From: Scyliorhinus canicula
Taxonomy: Eukaryota
Length of the DNA: 64,000 nucleotides
Assembly (NCBI RefSeq): GCF_902713615.1
Contig: NC_052147.1
Location: 167,008,410-167,072,409 of the forward strand
Direction of reading: 5' to 3'
The number at the start of each line of letters is the position of its first letter. The first letter of the stretch is position 1. This document shows positions 49,651 to 62,220 of the stretch, one piece after another. A program made the position numbers and the translations under genes. The notes beneath the pieces are model-generated. The model worked only from the letters and a program-made list of their open reading frames with translations, was not told the DNA's origin and did not search any database.

Positions 49651-50104
49651 GGAAGAAACTGTCCATCATTCCTCCAACAAACCCTTTGACCTGACTTCCC
49701 ATCCAGGAACCAGAGTGCCCACCCTCACTGATCTGAGTAGACTGTCCATAAAACCGCTGACCAAACTACCCACCCTACAATCCTGATACGAACACCCCAG
49801 AACCCCCAACCTGACCACCCACTACCAACCCACCATCAACCCGACAACTAAACCCCCTAACCCGACTACCCAACCCTCAACCATCCACCCAACCTGGCTA
49901 ATCCACGAACAACCCCAATGCAACTCACAAACCCCAGAACCAACTAATCGAACCTAGCCCTTGATCCCACTACTCATGCCCTCATCATGACTACCCCTCA
50001 ACCCGACAACTCACCTCATCACCCGACTGCCCACTCACAGGCCACAAGTCCTGCCACCCACTAATTCACTCATCTTCCCATTCATTCACTCTCTCACTTA
50101 CTCA

Positions 50105-50930
50105 TGTTAAGAATTGGAGAAAATTAAGGTTGAGAAATGAAATTGAGATAAAATAAAATAAAAAGGGAAATTGATAAGGGCAGCTAATTTGAAAGTGGTT
50201 TTGATCTGTGAATCAGCACATCAGTGAGAATAGCAAGTCTTTACCTATGTGACTATGGGTAAACAATGGGAGGTAGAAGAAGTAACTTCAAAGTGGAGAG
50301 ATAAGGGACTTGCCATATATATGCTATAAACTGAGTCCACAAGGTGGGTAACATCAAAGGAAAATAATGAGATATCCAAGCACACTAACTAGAAAAGGAG
50401 ACACATTAGCAGCTACAATCACAGCCACACTCAGCTGTAGAAAACAGTCTCCCTGAAAACAAGTTATTGCTAAAAGGGCAGCAGGTTAAAATCCAAAACA
50501 CAAACCGAGAATATTATGACTTTGCTGAAACTGAAGATGGTTTTCCAAAATGTGGACGAATGATCTGTGGGTGGTAGTTATCTGCTGTATTTAGCTCATA
50601 GAGATGTTGTTTGGGGAAAGGGGCATCTCAGATTTAGGTAATTTAGAACAAAGGGGTAACTTCATGTAATACTGTGTGTGTGTATAGCCATCACTATAGT
50701 CAAGTTTACTGTTGCAGTGTATTACAGTCCTTCTTGTTTGTTTTTCTTTTCACTCAATAAATATTTTTTATTATTTGATCACAAAATGATTGGACTGTTT
50801 TTCCCTGGTTTTGCATTTCTTTTCTCACAGAATACCAAATTGAAAACATACACCACTACAACCAGTGTTCCAAGTTACCTTTCTGGGTTTTGGGATATCC
50901 TCGCATTTAACATCAGCGGGCTTCTTAACA
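50105..50930 (+). mobile_element. solo LTR, 826 bp
   Basis: TGTTAAGA...TCTTAACA inverted termini, flanks CTCA/CTCG, internal AATAAA. Confidence 0.7.
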
Positions 50931-51355
50931 CTCGCGGGGCGATCTGGCCCCGGGGGGTGCCCACACGGTGGCCTGGCCCGCAATCGGCACCCACCGATCC
51001 GCGGGCGGGCCTGTGCCGTGGGGGCACTCTTTTCCTACTCATTGGCTGTGTCAGCCTCCGCGATGGCCAACGCGTAGGTGAACCCAACCCTCGCGCACGT
51101 GCGGGGATGACGTCAGCAGCCGCTGATGCTCCCGCGCATGCGCGGACTCTCGTCGCCGGCAGAGTCCCTTCGGCCCCGGCTGGCGTGTCGCCAAAGGCCT
51201 TCCACGCCAGCCGGCGAGGCGCAAACCACTCTGGCGCCGGCCTAGCCCTTGAAGGTGCGGGGGATTCATTTGGGGCGGGCCGACACTGGAGTGGTTCCCA
51301 CCACGCCGTCCCGCCGGAACCCCCCGCCCCTGCCGGGTACGGGAGAATCCCGCCC
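50931..51355. mobile_element. half of a non-autonomous Harbinger
   Basis: Ends GGAGAATCCCGCCC; related to the left arm of 39561. Confidence 0.75.
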
Positions 51356-52229
51356 CAGATGTCCTTCTGGAAGTTGGGAAAAAGATAAGCACACAATGAT
51401 CCGCATCGTCAGAAGCAACACGCACGGCCTCGTTGTTGATCAGATGATCTGTCCTGATAATTCGACACAACATTGCCCTTTCAGAGTTTAAGGATGTCAA
51501 CTCTGCCAACTGAATTTGAGGTCGAGGCCATGTACTCAATTTCAGTTATCAGTATCCCTTGAACAGGGTCATCCCAGAACCTTTTTCTCTTTCGCTGATT
51601 TATTTGGTAATCACTGAAGTCTCCATCTCCCGTCCCCCTGTTTGTACATTTGAAAATGACATCTACATTTCTATTATTCAGCTTAATGTTCTAAAATAAC
51701 CTAACCTAATTTAGAACGAAATGAAAAGTAGTAGTATGAAACAAAATGATGTTGATGTTGTAAAGCCAGTGTTACTAAATCGCCCCCTCACATGGCAGCA
51801 GTAATGTCCCCAAATAGATACCATACAAGCAGTGATAAAAGCCTCTGGTCTTTGGAGTACAATCTGGAATCTAAACACACTAGCAGTTGTACATCAGCCA
51901 TTATGCAAAGCATTGTAAATAAAGCCACTTATTCTGGAAATGTACATCTGCACCTTGACCAGTTTTGGAGTAGACTTCATTCATGGCACCGAACGTTTAG
52001 AAACATTCCTGGTGGAATGTGTAATGACAGCTGTTCGAGAATTTGAGAAAAGGTAGTGTATGGAGAGCACAATGCGCTCCAATTCATTGTTGCCGTCATT
52101 CACTCAACAATTAAAAGTGACAAAGTGACATGAAGGCAGAACGCAATCATTCATAAAAAGGTGCCTGAAAATAGTTTTGCCTCATAACGGTTTTCTTTAC
52201 AATGAGTGTATGTATCATGGATTGTTCTG

Positions 52230-52312
52230 CTTTTGTGCTGACTTCGAACCATGGTAAATATTGGAATAACAAAGTACAGCTGAGAAAGGCCTTTCTGCCC
52301 AGCATATAAATA
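52230..52312 (+). promoter_or_regulatory. gene 3 proximal promoter: CTTTTGT + TGCTGAC (52230-52242), AACAAAG (52268-52274), TATAAATA (52305-52312)
   Basis: Same arrangement as gene 1. Confidence 0.75.
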
Positions 52313-52371
52313 CAAAGCTGTGTGAAGCAGTGACACATTCAGTCAGTTACTCAGATAACTCTGAGCTCAAA

Positions 52372-55300
52372 ATGGGAAAGGCAAGAATAAATCAGAGTTT
52401 ATATATTGCACTTTCCATTCAGCATCTCCTGATATGATAAATTATTAATTTCCAGCTTTGTCTCTTTCCACAGATTATCTTTTACGAGGACAGGAACTTC
52501 AAGGGTCGGCACTATGAGTGCAGCAGTGACTGTGCTGACCTGTCCCCTTACTTCAGCCGCTGTAACTCCATGCGTGTCATGAGTGACTGGTGGGTGATGT
52601 ATGAGAGACCCAATTACATGGGATACCAGTATGCTCTGAGCAGGGGAGAATATCCTGACTACCAGCGCTGGATGGGATTCAATGATAGCATTGGCTCATG
52701 TCGCTCCTACCCATATGTAAGTTATATTTTTTATGAAAACTGAGACTTGGTAAAGTGACAAGGCCATGAATGCCATATTTGTGACACTTGAAACGCCTCA
52801 CAAGTTTTGAAGAAATCTCGCAAGACGTTGCGATCTGGAACTCATCCTCCCTGGGCGATATCCAAATGGACATATTTAAGTCAGCCATTAGTTTCATTTA
52901 AATATGCCTGCGCCGGATTCTTCCAGGGCCCAGGAAATCATGGCCCCACCTGGGAGACCTCGCCCTGACACTGTTCAGCACTGGTTTCCACAAACATAGA
53001 CGAGGTGTAACAGTACTTCGGGGTTCTCCCAGTCCTTTAGAGACCCCTGGGCTGTCAGGCTCTGATCAGGGTGGTACCCTCGCACTCCCGCTGACAACTG
53101 GGCACCTTGACACTGCCAGCCTCCCACCTTGGCAATGGCACCCGGGCAGGGTGTCTGGGGGACACTGCCAGTCTGGCAGGGGCACTGCCATTGTTCCAGG
53201 CTGGCAGTACCAAGGTGAGCATATGCCAGGTTTCCCATGCCATGGATCGTGCCCGGGGGTGCCTTGTCCTTAGAGGTGGGGTGAGGGGGTCTTGAGGATC
53301 CTGTAAGAGGTACATTTGATGCAGTGAGAGGAGGGGGATCTGGAGGCCACAGTGGGGTGGCTGAGAAGGTGTCAAAAGAGTGGTATTTAAAAATGGTGCC
53401 CAGATCCGTGAATATGGTAGTGCGGCCTTGGCGGGTTGTTCCCCGCAGAGGTAACAAAAAATGGCAAAGGGCCGTTAAATAGCAATGTCGAACCCGGTGC
53501 TGCAGGTGCTAATAAATACCCCACTAAATGTGCCCAAAATGGCACTCTGTCTCGTTATGTCAGGCTTTAGATAATGATCAGTGTACTGAACATTTGACTT
53601 TGTGCACATCAGCTCTGATGAGCCATCAAGCTGTTTTGACAGGACTGATTTTAACTTTGGTCAGTGGGTGGTTAACAGGTAGTGAATTGTCTGCCTATCA
53701 AACAAGCAGCCTGATTTACCAATCCATTGGCAAGTCTTTCTGTTTGCATTGTCGGGGCATTTTCAGAGACTTGAGTATTGAGCTGGCTTTTACGTGGGGA
53801 ATTTTCCCCATCTAATTGCGGTTCAGCGAACAAAAAGACTCATGGAGACAACTCTGGTTAAGACGGCTTTACTTTGTAAGCTTGGTTTAAAGTACAAGGG
53901 AGAGTCGTTTAGATAAATGGCAAAACCATTCTGTCTTACATTGCTTCAGATTCAACAGTTATACAATTTCCAATAATCAGTAGTCCACCCCAGCCTGACT
54001 TGATCCAATCCGTGTAGCTGTAGATTTTACCTTGACCAATGAAATTTACTTTTGGCAGCATGGTGACTGCATGATCAGCTTGTGATATAGTTATGTCCTA
54101 TCCACTGGCCATCTGTTGTTTTTCAAGACCCTCGCAGCCGCTGTCTCTTGCTCTCCCGTACTCCCATTCCCCTTATCTTAGTGTAGAATCGGCTCACAAC
54201 ATTGCCAGTTTGAGCACAAGATGCTGGAGTTGTTGGAGAGAACTGCTTATTGAGTTGGCTGTGTTATTGCTGGCCACATTATTTCTCTCTGATTCTGTCT
54301 GTCTTAGGTCAAGTTAGCCAGCTTAGATCCCAACATACATTGTGAGCACTACTATCAGCAAGAGTTTAAATGCTTAAAATCATAGAATTTATAGTGCAGA
54401 AGGAGTCCATTCAGGCCATCAAGTCTGCACCGGCTCTTGGAAAGAGCACCCTACTTAAGCCCACACCTCCACCCTATCCCATAACCCAGCAACCCCACCT
54501 AACCTAAGGGTAATTTAGCATGGCCAATCCACCTAACCTGCACATCTTTGGACTGTGGGAGGAAACCGGAGCACCCAGGGGAAACCCACGCAGACACGAG
54601 GAGAACCTGCAGACTCCGCACAGACAGTGACCCTCGCTGGCAATCGAACCTGGGACCCTGACGCTGTGAAGCAACTATGCTAACCACTGTGCTACCGTGC
54701 TGCCTGAGAAAATAGCTTGTTCCTGCTATTTGCCAAGAATACATGTTTAATGTTTAATAATGATTACTGGATATAATTTCTATTTTCTAGTTACTTTCTA
54801 GTTTCAATCCTCAAAGAAACAAACTTTGTAGAGCTTATGTAGAGCTATTCCAGTGTTATCCGGTTTGAAGGGGTATCATCCCAGCACCCCGCCCCCCCAA
54901 CCCCTTAAAATACCAGCTCTTGTAATTTTGTAGGTGCTGTTATACAGATTGGTTCTTAAATCAAAAGCTTTAGGTGTCACGTGACAACGTTCAAGATTAC
55001 CTGAGGTACAATTGGATGCATTTATTTGTATTTAATTGGATACCATAATCGTATAAAAGTTGAACCTTTGAGACCCTTTTATGGTCAGAAATAAGGTGTT
55101 AACCTTGACACAGTGATGTTTCTGCTGGGCTTACTTTTAACCAGCAATGGTCGTGGCTCACAGAGCCAGCAGGAATCGTGCAGCTTTTCACGCTTTCAGT
55201 TTTCGATGCTCTCAGCTGATATGGAAGTGGACTGGAGCCAGAACGGAGGTCAGAAAGTTAGATTTCTGTCATCCCTTTTCTTTCCCTATGGGGTAATAGG

Positions 55301-57091
55301 ACTTTTCATGAAAGCTCAGGGAGCTGAGTTCCATTTTTGGTTAAGTTCTCGATATGTTCTAGGCTCACACACACACACTGTGGACACTGACTCTGCAGTT
55401 TGTTCTCATCTTACCTCCATCATTTCAATGAGAAATTAAACTTTCACTCACTCAAGTTCCCCGATATCTCAGTGGGCAAATTGCACTCTGTGATCTAGTA
55501 CCGATGTTGAGAGAACTGATAACACTTGCTTCAGTCCTGGTCTCTGCTGTGTTACTCTGAGCACAGAGTGGAAGAATGAGCTGAGTCAGAGCCGAGGGTC
55601 ATTGGAAACTCGGGGCTCACCTTTTACACAAGGTATATCGAAAACGTAAGGAGTTCTTGACCAATGATTGTGGCTGGCTTTTACACGATATGGAGTACTT
55701 CTCAAGCATTGACAGTGTAGATATTACGGGCGGCACAGTGATTAGTATTGCTGCCTTTGAGGCTCCCAGATTCGATCCCAACCTCAGGTGACTGTGTGAA
55801 GTTTCCACATTCTTCCCGTGTCTGCGTGCTTTCCTCCGGGTGCTCCAGTTGCCTCCTACGGTCCATAGATGTGCAGGTTTGGTACATTGGATATGCTAAA
55901 TTATCCCTAGGTGGGGTTACAGGGCTAGGGTGGGGGATTGCACCTAGGTTAGGGTGCTCTTTCAGAGGGTCGATGCAGACTCCATGGGTCTTCATCTGTG
56001 CTGTAGGGATTCTATGATTCTATTCAATAAGGTCGTCTACAGGTGGACTAAATGACTACAGCCTGCTGTCAGACATATTTACACTCATCAAATTCATCTT
56101 GCTTCAATTGTTTAACACATTCTAGGAAAGAGAAAGCTGTCCCCACACAGAGAAACAGAGAAACAATCTGATCAACAATAGGAACCAGAAATACAGATTT
56201 TTACTGAGATAAACCTCTGTCTGTGTGCACCAACTAATATCAGTCCCCTGTGCACTCTTATACACACATCACTGATTAACTGTTTAAAATTATACATATG
56301 GGGCGGTACGGTGGCACAGTGGTTAGCACTGGTGCCTCACAGAGCCAGGGACCTGGGTTCATTTCCGGCTTTTGGTGACTGTGTGGAGTTTGCACATTCG
56401 CTCCGTGTTTGTGTCGGTTTACTCCGGGTGCTCCGGTTTCCTCCCACAGTCCAAAGATGTACAGGTTAGGTGGATTGGCCTTGATAAATTGCCCCTTAGG
56501 ATGGGGTTGCAGGTTCGGACAGGAATTGGGCTGAGGTAGGATGGTCTTTTGAAGGGTCGGTGCAGGCTCAATGAGCCGGATAGCCTCCTTCTGCAGTGTA
56601 GGGATTCTATGATTCTATAGGAGCTACTTGTTGGTATCAAATCAGAAACATAGTCAACTTATTGAATTGAGTAAATTATCTGAGCTTTGCTCCCATTGCT
56701 GATGTCATCATCTGGGCTCCGTTATATTGCTTCCTTTTCAATGTATCTCTTTTTCTACATATAACAAATGGATATTTATTATTTAATCACTAATATAATC
56801 TTATTTCTATTACAGTACCGAGGTGGAAACTACAGAATGAGGCTTTACGAGAGACCTGACTTTGGAGGACAGATGATGGAATTCATGGATGACTGTCCAT
56901 CTGTCTACGATCGTTTCCGTTACCGTGACATCCACTCCAGCCATGTGATGGACGGTTACTGGACCTTCTATGAACATCCCAACTACAGAGGCCGACAGTA
57001 CTTCATGAGACCCGGTGAATACAGGAGATACAGTGACTGGGGCGGCTACAACTCAACTATCGGATCTTTCAGACGCATGAGGGATTTCTAA
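52372..57091 (+). CDS. gamma-crystallin (gamma-S1-like), gene 3; join(52372..52380,52474..52716,56816..57091), 175 aa
   Basis: ATG GGA AAG|gcaaga (GC donor), 93-bp intron, exon 2 [11 protein letters not shown]...[10 protein letters not shown]...[11 protein letters not shown]|gtaagt, exon 3 [14 protein letters not shown]...RRMRDF*; intact frame. Confidence 0.96.
52474..52716 (+). CDS. gamma-crystallin gene 3 exon 2 (absent from the ORF track)
   Basis: ttccacag|ATT...TAT|gtaagt, 243 bp, translated by hand. Confidence 0.95.
52760..53550. mobile_element. non-autonomous Harbinger relic in gene 3 intron 2
   Basis: GGCACTGCCA repeats resembling 38197-39099; absent from the homologous gene 1 intron. 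Confidence 0.55.
53750..54335. mobile_element. solo LTR in gene 3 intron 2, TSD TGCAT/TACAT
   Basis: TGTCGGG...CCCAACA termini. Confidence 0.7.
54380..54704 (-). mobile_element. HE1/V-SINE (further + strand copies at 55729-56022 and 56300-56618)
   Basis: Full head-core-tail. Confidence 0.85.
56816..57091 (+). CDS. gamma-crystallin gene 3 exon 3
   Basis: ttacag|TAC...TAA, 276 bp. Confidence 0.96.
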   Translation, partial: YRGGNYRMRLYERPDFGGQMMEFMDDCPSVYDRFRYRDIHSSHVMDGYWTFYEHPNYRGRQYFMRPGEYRRYSDWGGYNSTIGSFRRMRDF

Positions 57092-57129
57092 TCTGTTATT
57101 GTAAAACATGACCTTATCACTGTCAACAA

Positions 57130-57135
57130 AATAAA
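57130..57135 (+). terminator. poly(A) signal gene 3
   Basis: AATAAA 38 nt after stop. Confidence 0.8.
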
Positions 57136-57999
57136 AAGGACTTCCATTAAACCGTTATTTTGTTGGAATCACTTCAAAATTGTCCAAAACCGTGGTTACA
57201 TGCAGAATCTATCACTATAATGAATTAAGTTTTGTGATTACAATTAAAATGGGAAAATAGAGAATCAGGAGAAACGTGGACCGATCCTGCTGGAGAAGCT
57301 GGGTCAGTGCCTTGCTATTCTTACTGAATTTTGTGCAGTCAAAAGCAGATAATCTCGTTTCCCTGGGTACTGCAGGCACCTTTTTCCTTGCCTTAACACC
57401 CTCAGATTCAGAATGCTTCCAGCTTTCCTGAGGCTGCTGTGCTTCCGTTCACTGGGCCTATCAGCTTCCGGTGTCCCCCAGGATACCTGCAGACTGGAAA
57501 TGTGGCAACTTGCAACCCCCACCCGCAGCACTTCCCCTCTGAGATTCTCTGAACCCAGTAGTGATTTAGGCCTATTTGAAGGAAAGGGAGAGAGTCCAAA
57601 AGGAGAAAGAGTGTCAGCTAATATGTGAATCAGATAGGAATGCTGATTGCTCATAAATTTAGTGGGATTAGGGTCAAGTGATCAGTTGTCAGTTCCCTTG
57701 GAGAAAGGGAGCTTGGTGTGGGCATAAGGAATCATAGGAGTGAAACTAGAGATGCAAGATCAGGATTAAGCCAAGGGTGATCTCCAGAGGAGTTTTGATC
57801 CAAGGGCAGAGGCAACCATACAGAGAAAACACAAGGAGAATCTGACACATAACAACAAAACACATCAAGAAATCACATTGTGTGACAAAACAAATCCTTG
57901 TGGTTCAGTTGAGAAAGTACCAACCCTTCTATTTGTCAATATACCTATTTCTAATATCACAGCATACACAGCTAACATTTCCACACAAAATTATGCACC

Positions 58000-58710
58000 A
58001 AAGAATATTTTGACCATTTCCCCTTGACATTCAATGGCATTACTGTCACTGTCTCCCCCACTATCAACATCCAGGGAGTTCCCATTGACCAGAAACTGAA
58101 CTGGGTCAGTCAAAGAAATACTTTAGCTGCAAGAGTAGGGCAGAGGCTGGCAATTTGACTAACTCACCTCCTGACCCTCCAAAACCTATCCACTATCGAC
58201 AAAGCACAAATCAGGAGTATGGTGGAATACTTCCCACAAGCATGGATGTGTGCAGCTTGAACAGCCCTCAAGAGACTCAGCACCACTCAGGACGAGAAAG
58301 TTCCCTTATCTGGCATTCACCATCTTAAACATTCACACTACCACCAGTGCACAGTGGCACCTGTGTGTCCCCCAGGATACAGAAATGTGCCAGGTTTCAT
58401 TCAATAGTGCCTTCCAACCCTACAGCCACCATTTAGAAGGAGAAAGGCTGGAGATTCATGCGATCATCGTCAACTGAGAGTTCCCTTCCAAACCATATTC
58501 AATGCTGACTTGGAAAGTATCACTGATCCTCACTGCCAGTGGGCTAGAATCATGCATCTCCCCCACTAAGTGGGTGCATCTACATCACATGAAGTGCAAC
58601 AATTCAAATAATGGCTCATCATCGTTTTTTCAATGACAATTAGGGAGGATCAATATATGCTGGCACTGCCAATGATGCTCACATCCCAATAATGAAGAAC
58701 AAAAACAAAT
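58000..58710 (+). mobile_element. ancient LINE 3' end
   Basis: Degraded PLTFNGI, DQKLNW, KAQIRSMVEY motifs and an A-rich tail. Confidence 0.6.
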
Positions 58711-59149
58711 CAATGCTAATAACAGGCAATGTGAATATTTCTAAATGATTGCAATCGAACAGATATTTTCTGATCAAATGAACATCAGCAACATACTTTA
58801 TTCTAATCTCTAACGTTTAAGACATAGCACTGATGGTTTAAAAAAAAAAAAAATTAGAGTACCTAATTCATTTTTTCCAATTAAGGGGCAATTTAACGCG
58901 GTCAATCCACCTAGCCTGCACATCTTAGGGTTGTGGGGGCGACACCCACGCAAACACAGGGAGAATGTGCAAACTCCACACGGACAGTGACCCAGAGCCG
59001 GGATCGAACCTGGGACCTTGGCGCCGTGAGGCAGCAGGGCTAACCCACTGTTCCACCGTGCTGCCTCGGCACTGATGGGTTTTAACAAAAGGTCATAAGA
59101 AGGAACTGGAGTTGAACACACATGATGCCAGCCCCTTGAACTTGCTTCT

Positions 59150-59381
59150 TGTGGCGCTAACAATTGCACACAGAAGACTCGATGAGGTACAAGAGAGGCT
59201 TTATTACAGTGAGATGCTAATCCTCTGGCTGCAGCTGTAGAATGGCATCTCAGGAAACTTATGCATATTTATACAGCTCCCTGGGGGCGGAGCTAGCCGG
59301 CAGGGGCTTACCAGCAAACCTGTAATACAGGTATTGTCATACATCCCCTAAGGCAAGCACACAGTGGTAGAGATCACTACA
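59150..59381 (-). mobile_element. solo LTR, 232 bp, TSD CTTCT, inside a minus-strand CR1 3' end (59094-59740)
   Basis: cttct|TGTGGCG...CACTACA|cttct; AATAAA and TATA on the minus strand. Confidence 0.85.
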
Positions 59382-60454
59382 CTTCTCCCATTCAATACAA
59401 TAATGACTGATGTTCTGCCTCAACTCCCTTTCCCATCCACTTCACATATCCTTTTCATCCCTGAGAGAACAAATATCTACCTATCTCAACGCTAATTGTG
59501 CTCAATGATGGATCATCCACAACCCCCTGAGGTAGTGAATTCCAAAGACTCACAGCTCTTTCAGTTTCTCCTGATGTTAGTCCAAAATGATCAGCCATTT
59601 ATCCTGTAACATGTCCCCCTGTGTTCTAGATTCATCATCTGGGGGTAAACAACCTCTTTAGTGTCTACCCCAAGCCCACTCAGAATCTTGTACTTTTCTT
59701 GTATGAGATCAACTCTCAATCTTCTAGATCCCCAGTGAGTATTGTAAAGTAAAATGGGAAAGATGTAATTTGTAACATGGTCTGATAAAACCAGAAGGAA
59801 TATGAGAAAAAGCAAGCAGAAATCCCACAAAGGGTTAACAACATTCAGAAAAGAAGGTTTGAAATGCAGACAGCCTTTATCACACAGGCGTTAAGAGAAC
59901 AGCTCTAAAACAGCTTATACTGTAGTCTGATACCTTTCTTTCAAGTTAGAGAAATTCTTGCAAATTAAGTTTTTAGTTACATAAAGGGAACGGTATTCCA
60001 CCCTTTTATAGAAGTTAATTAGTTTACAAACAATTGATTAGAATTGCCAGAATCTTAAGTGAATTACGTGAAATCTTGTGCATTTGTGAATCCTTGTATA
60101 CCATTTAGAAAATACTTTTGAACCTTTTTGGTTTAGGGGGAGATTTCTAATAAAAGTGGTGATTTAAATTCAGTATAGACTCAGTTTACTCACCCTCTCA
60201 TCACAGGAACCAAAAAAAACTTTAATCTTGGTACCTCCAAATCAAATCTATCCTTCATTAAATGCGGAAACCACAATGTGTAAAGTCACATCTGGGTGAG
60301 GCAGGTGGGATCCAGAAGAGGAATTCTGTCCATGCTATGCTGCACTCTCACCTGGCCTCAGAATACTTCTAGCATCAGTGGTGAGAGGGGAAGGGAAGAG
60401 TGCGTAAATTTCTGGCCCCTAACAAACTCCTTACGGACTTCACCGAAAAGAGAA

Positions 60455-60570
60455 GTAATAATATAATAATAGAATAATAGTAATAATATAATAATATTAG
60501 AACAATAATATAACATATAATAATATAATAATAATATCATAAATAGAATATTATAATAATATAAAATAAT
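60455..60570. repeat. degenerate (AAT)n microsatellite (expanded SINE tail)
   Basis: Direct reading. Confidence 0.9.
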
Positions 60571-61192
60571 CTTTATTATTGTCACAAGTAGGCTTATATT
60601 AACACTGCAATGAAGTTATTGGGAAACGCTAGTCGCCACACTCTGGTGCCTGTTCGGGTACACAACACGTTGGGCAGTACGGTAGCATTGTGAATAGCAT
60701 AATTGCTTCACAGCTCCAGGGTCCCAGGTTCGATGCCGGCTTGGGTCGCTGTCTGTGCGGAGTCTGCACATCCTCCCCGTGTGTACGTGGGTTTCCTCCG
60801 GGTGCTCCGGTTTCCTCCCACAGTCCAAAGATGTGCAGGTTAGGTGGATTGGCCATGATCAATTGCCCTTAGTGTCCAAAATTGCCCTTAGTGTTGGGTG
60901 GGGTTAATGTATTATGGGGATAGGGTGGAGGTGTTGACCTTGGGTAGGGTGGTCTTTCCAAGAGCCGGTGCAGGCTCGATGGGCTGAATGGCCTCCTTCT
61001 GCACTGTAAATTCTTTCGGGACTTGTGGGAGGAAACCGGATCACCCGGAGGAAACCCACGCAGACACAGGGAGAACATGCAGCCTCCCCACAGACAGTGA
61101 CCCAAGCCAGGAATCGAGCCTTGGACCCTGGCGCTGTGGAGCAACAGTGCTAACCACTGTGCTACCATGTCGTTAACCACTGTTCTACCGTG
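60560..61192. mobile_element. SINE-in-SINE: plus-strand HE1 (60672-61011) inside a minus-strand hybrid SINE
   Basis: Host matches 47330-47618. Confidence 0.78.
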
Positions 61193-61194
61193 AT

Positions 61195-61960
61195 GCAGGC
61201 ATTCTAGATAAAGAGGAGGCGTGCAAAATATTTTGTACAACAATGATAGTGAGAGAGCAAGTACAGGAGGGACTGCCATCCTTGAAGGGAGATAAATCAC
61301 CAGAGCTAGATACATTTAAACCAAGCTTTCAAAGGAAGCTTCAGAGGAAATAGTGGATGCCCTGAGGATTATTTTCCAATCCTCACTAGATACAGGTGAG
61401 ATCCTAGAGGATTGGGGGTACTGCAAATGTTGCACAATTATTTAAAATAGGCCAGAAAATTATAGGCCAGCCAGTCTGACTTCAGTGTGGGCAAATTCTT
61501 GGAAACAATTTTGAGAGAAAGGATAAACTGTCACTTAGAAAGGCACAGATCGATTTGGGATAGTCAGCATGGTTCTGTTAGGGTAGGTTAACTAACTTAA
61601 TCAAACTGTTTGAGGAAGTAACAAGGAGGATTGATGAGGGTGGTGCAGTAGATATTGTCCACATGGATTTCAGTAAGGCATTTGACAAGACCCCACATGG
61701 CAGACTGATCAGAAAAATGAGAGTTCATGGGAAACAGTGGAAGTTGACAGGTTGGATCTAAAATTGACTCAATGACAGAAACAAAGGGTAATGGTTGACG
61801 GATGTTTTAGCGAATGGAATATGGCTTCCAGTGGTGTTACACAGGATTCAGCGGCCCTTGCTGCGTGTTGTATATATTAATGGTTTAGACTTAAATGTGC
61901 GAGGCATAATCAGGAAATATGCAGATGTAACAAAAATTGGCCATTTAACTTATAGTGAAG
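61195..61960 (+). mobile_element. CR1 RT fragment
   Basis: PENYRPASLTS, SQHG, MDFSKAFDK motifs. Confidence 0.8.
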
Positions 61961-62220
61961 AATCATAGAATTTACAGTGCAGAAGGAGACCACTTGACCC
62001 ATCGACTCTGCACCGGCCCTTGGAAAGAGCACCCCACCCAAGCCCACACCTCCACCCTATCCCCGTAACCTAGTAACATCACCCACCCTTTTGGACACTA
62101 AGGGAAATTTAGCATGGCCAATCCAGCTAACCTGCACATCTGTTAGGTGGATTGGCCATGATAAATTGCCCTTAGTGTCCAAAATTGCCCTTAGTGTTGG
62201 GTGGGGTTACTGGGTTATGG

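Noticed and set aside
49750-50060. Interstitial telomeric repeat
   Set aside because: AC-rich degenerate low-complexity sequence with no (CCCTAA)n array
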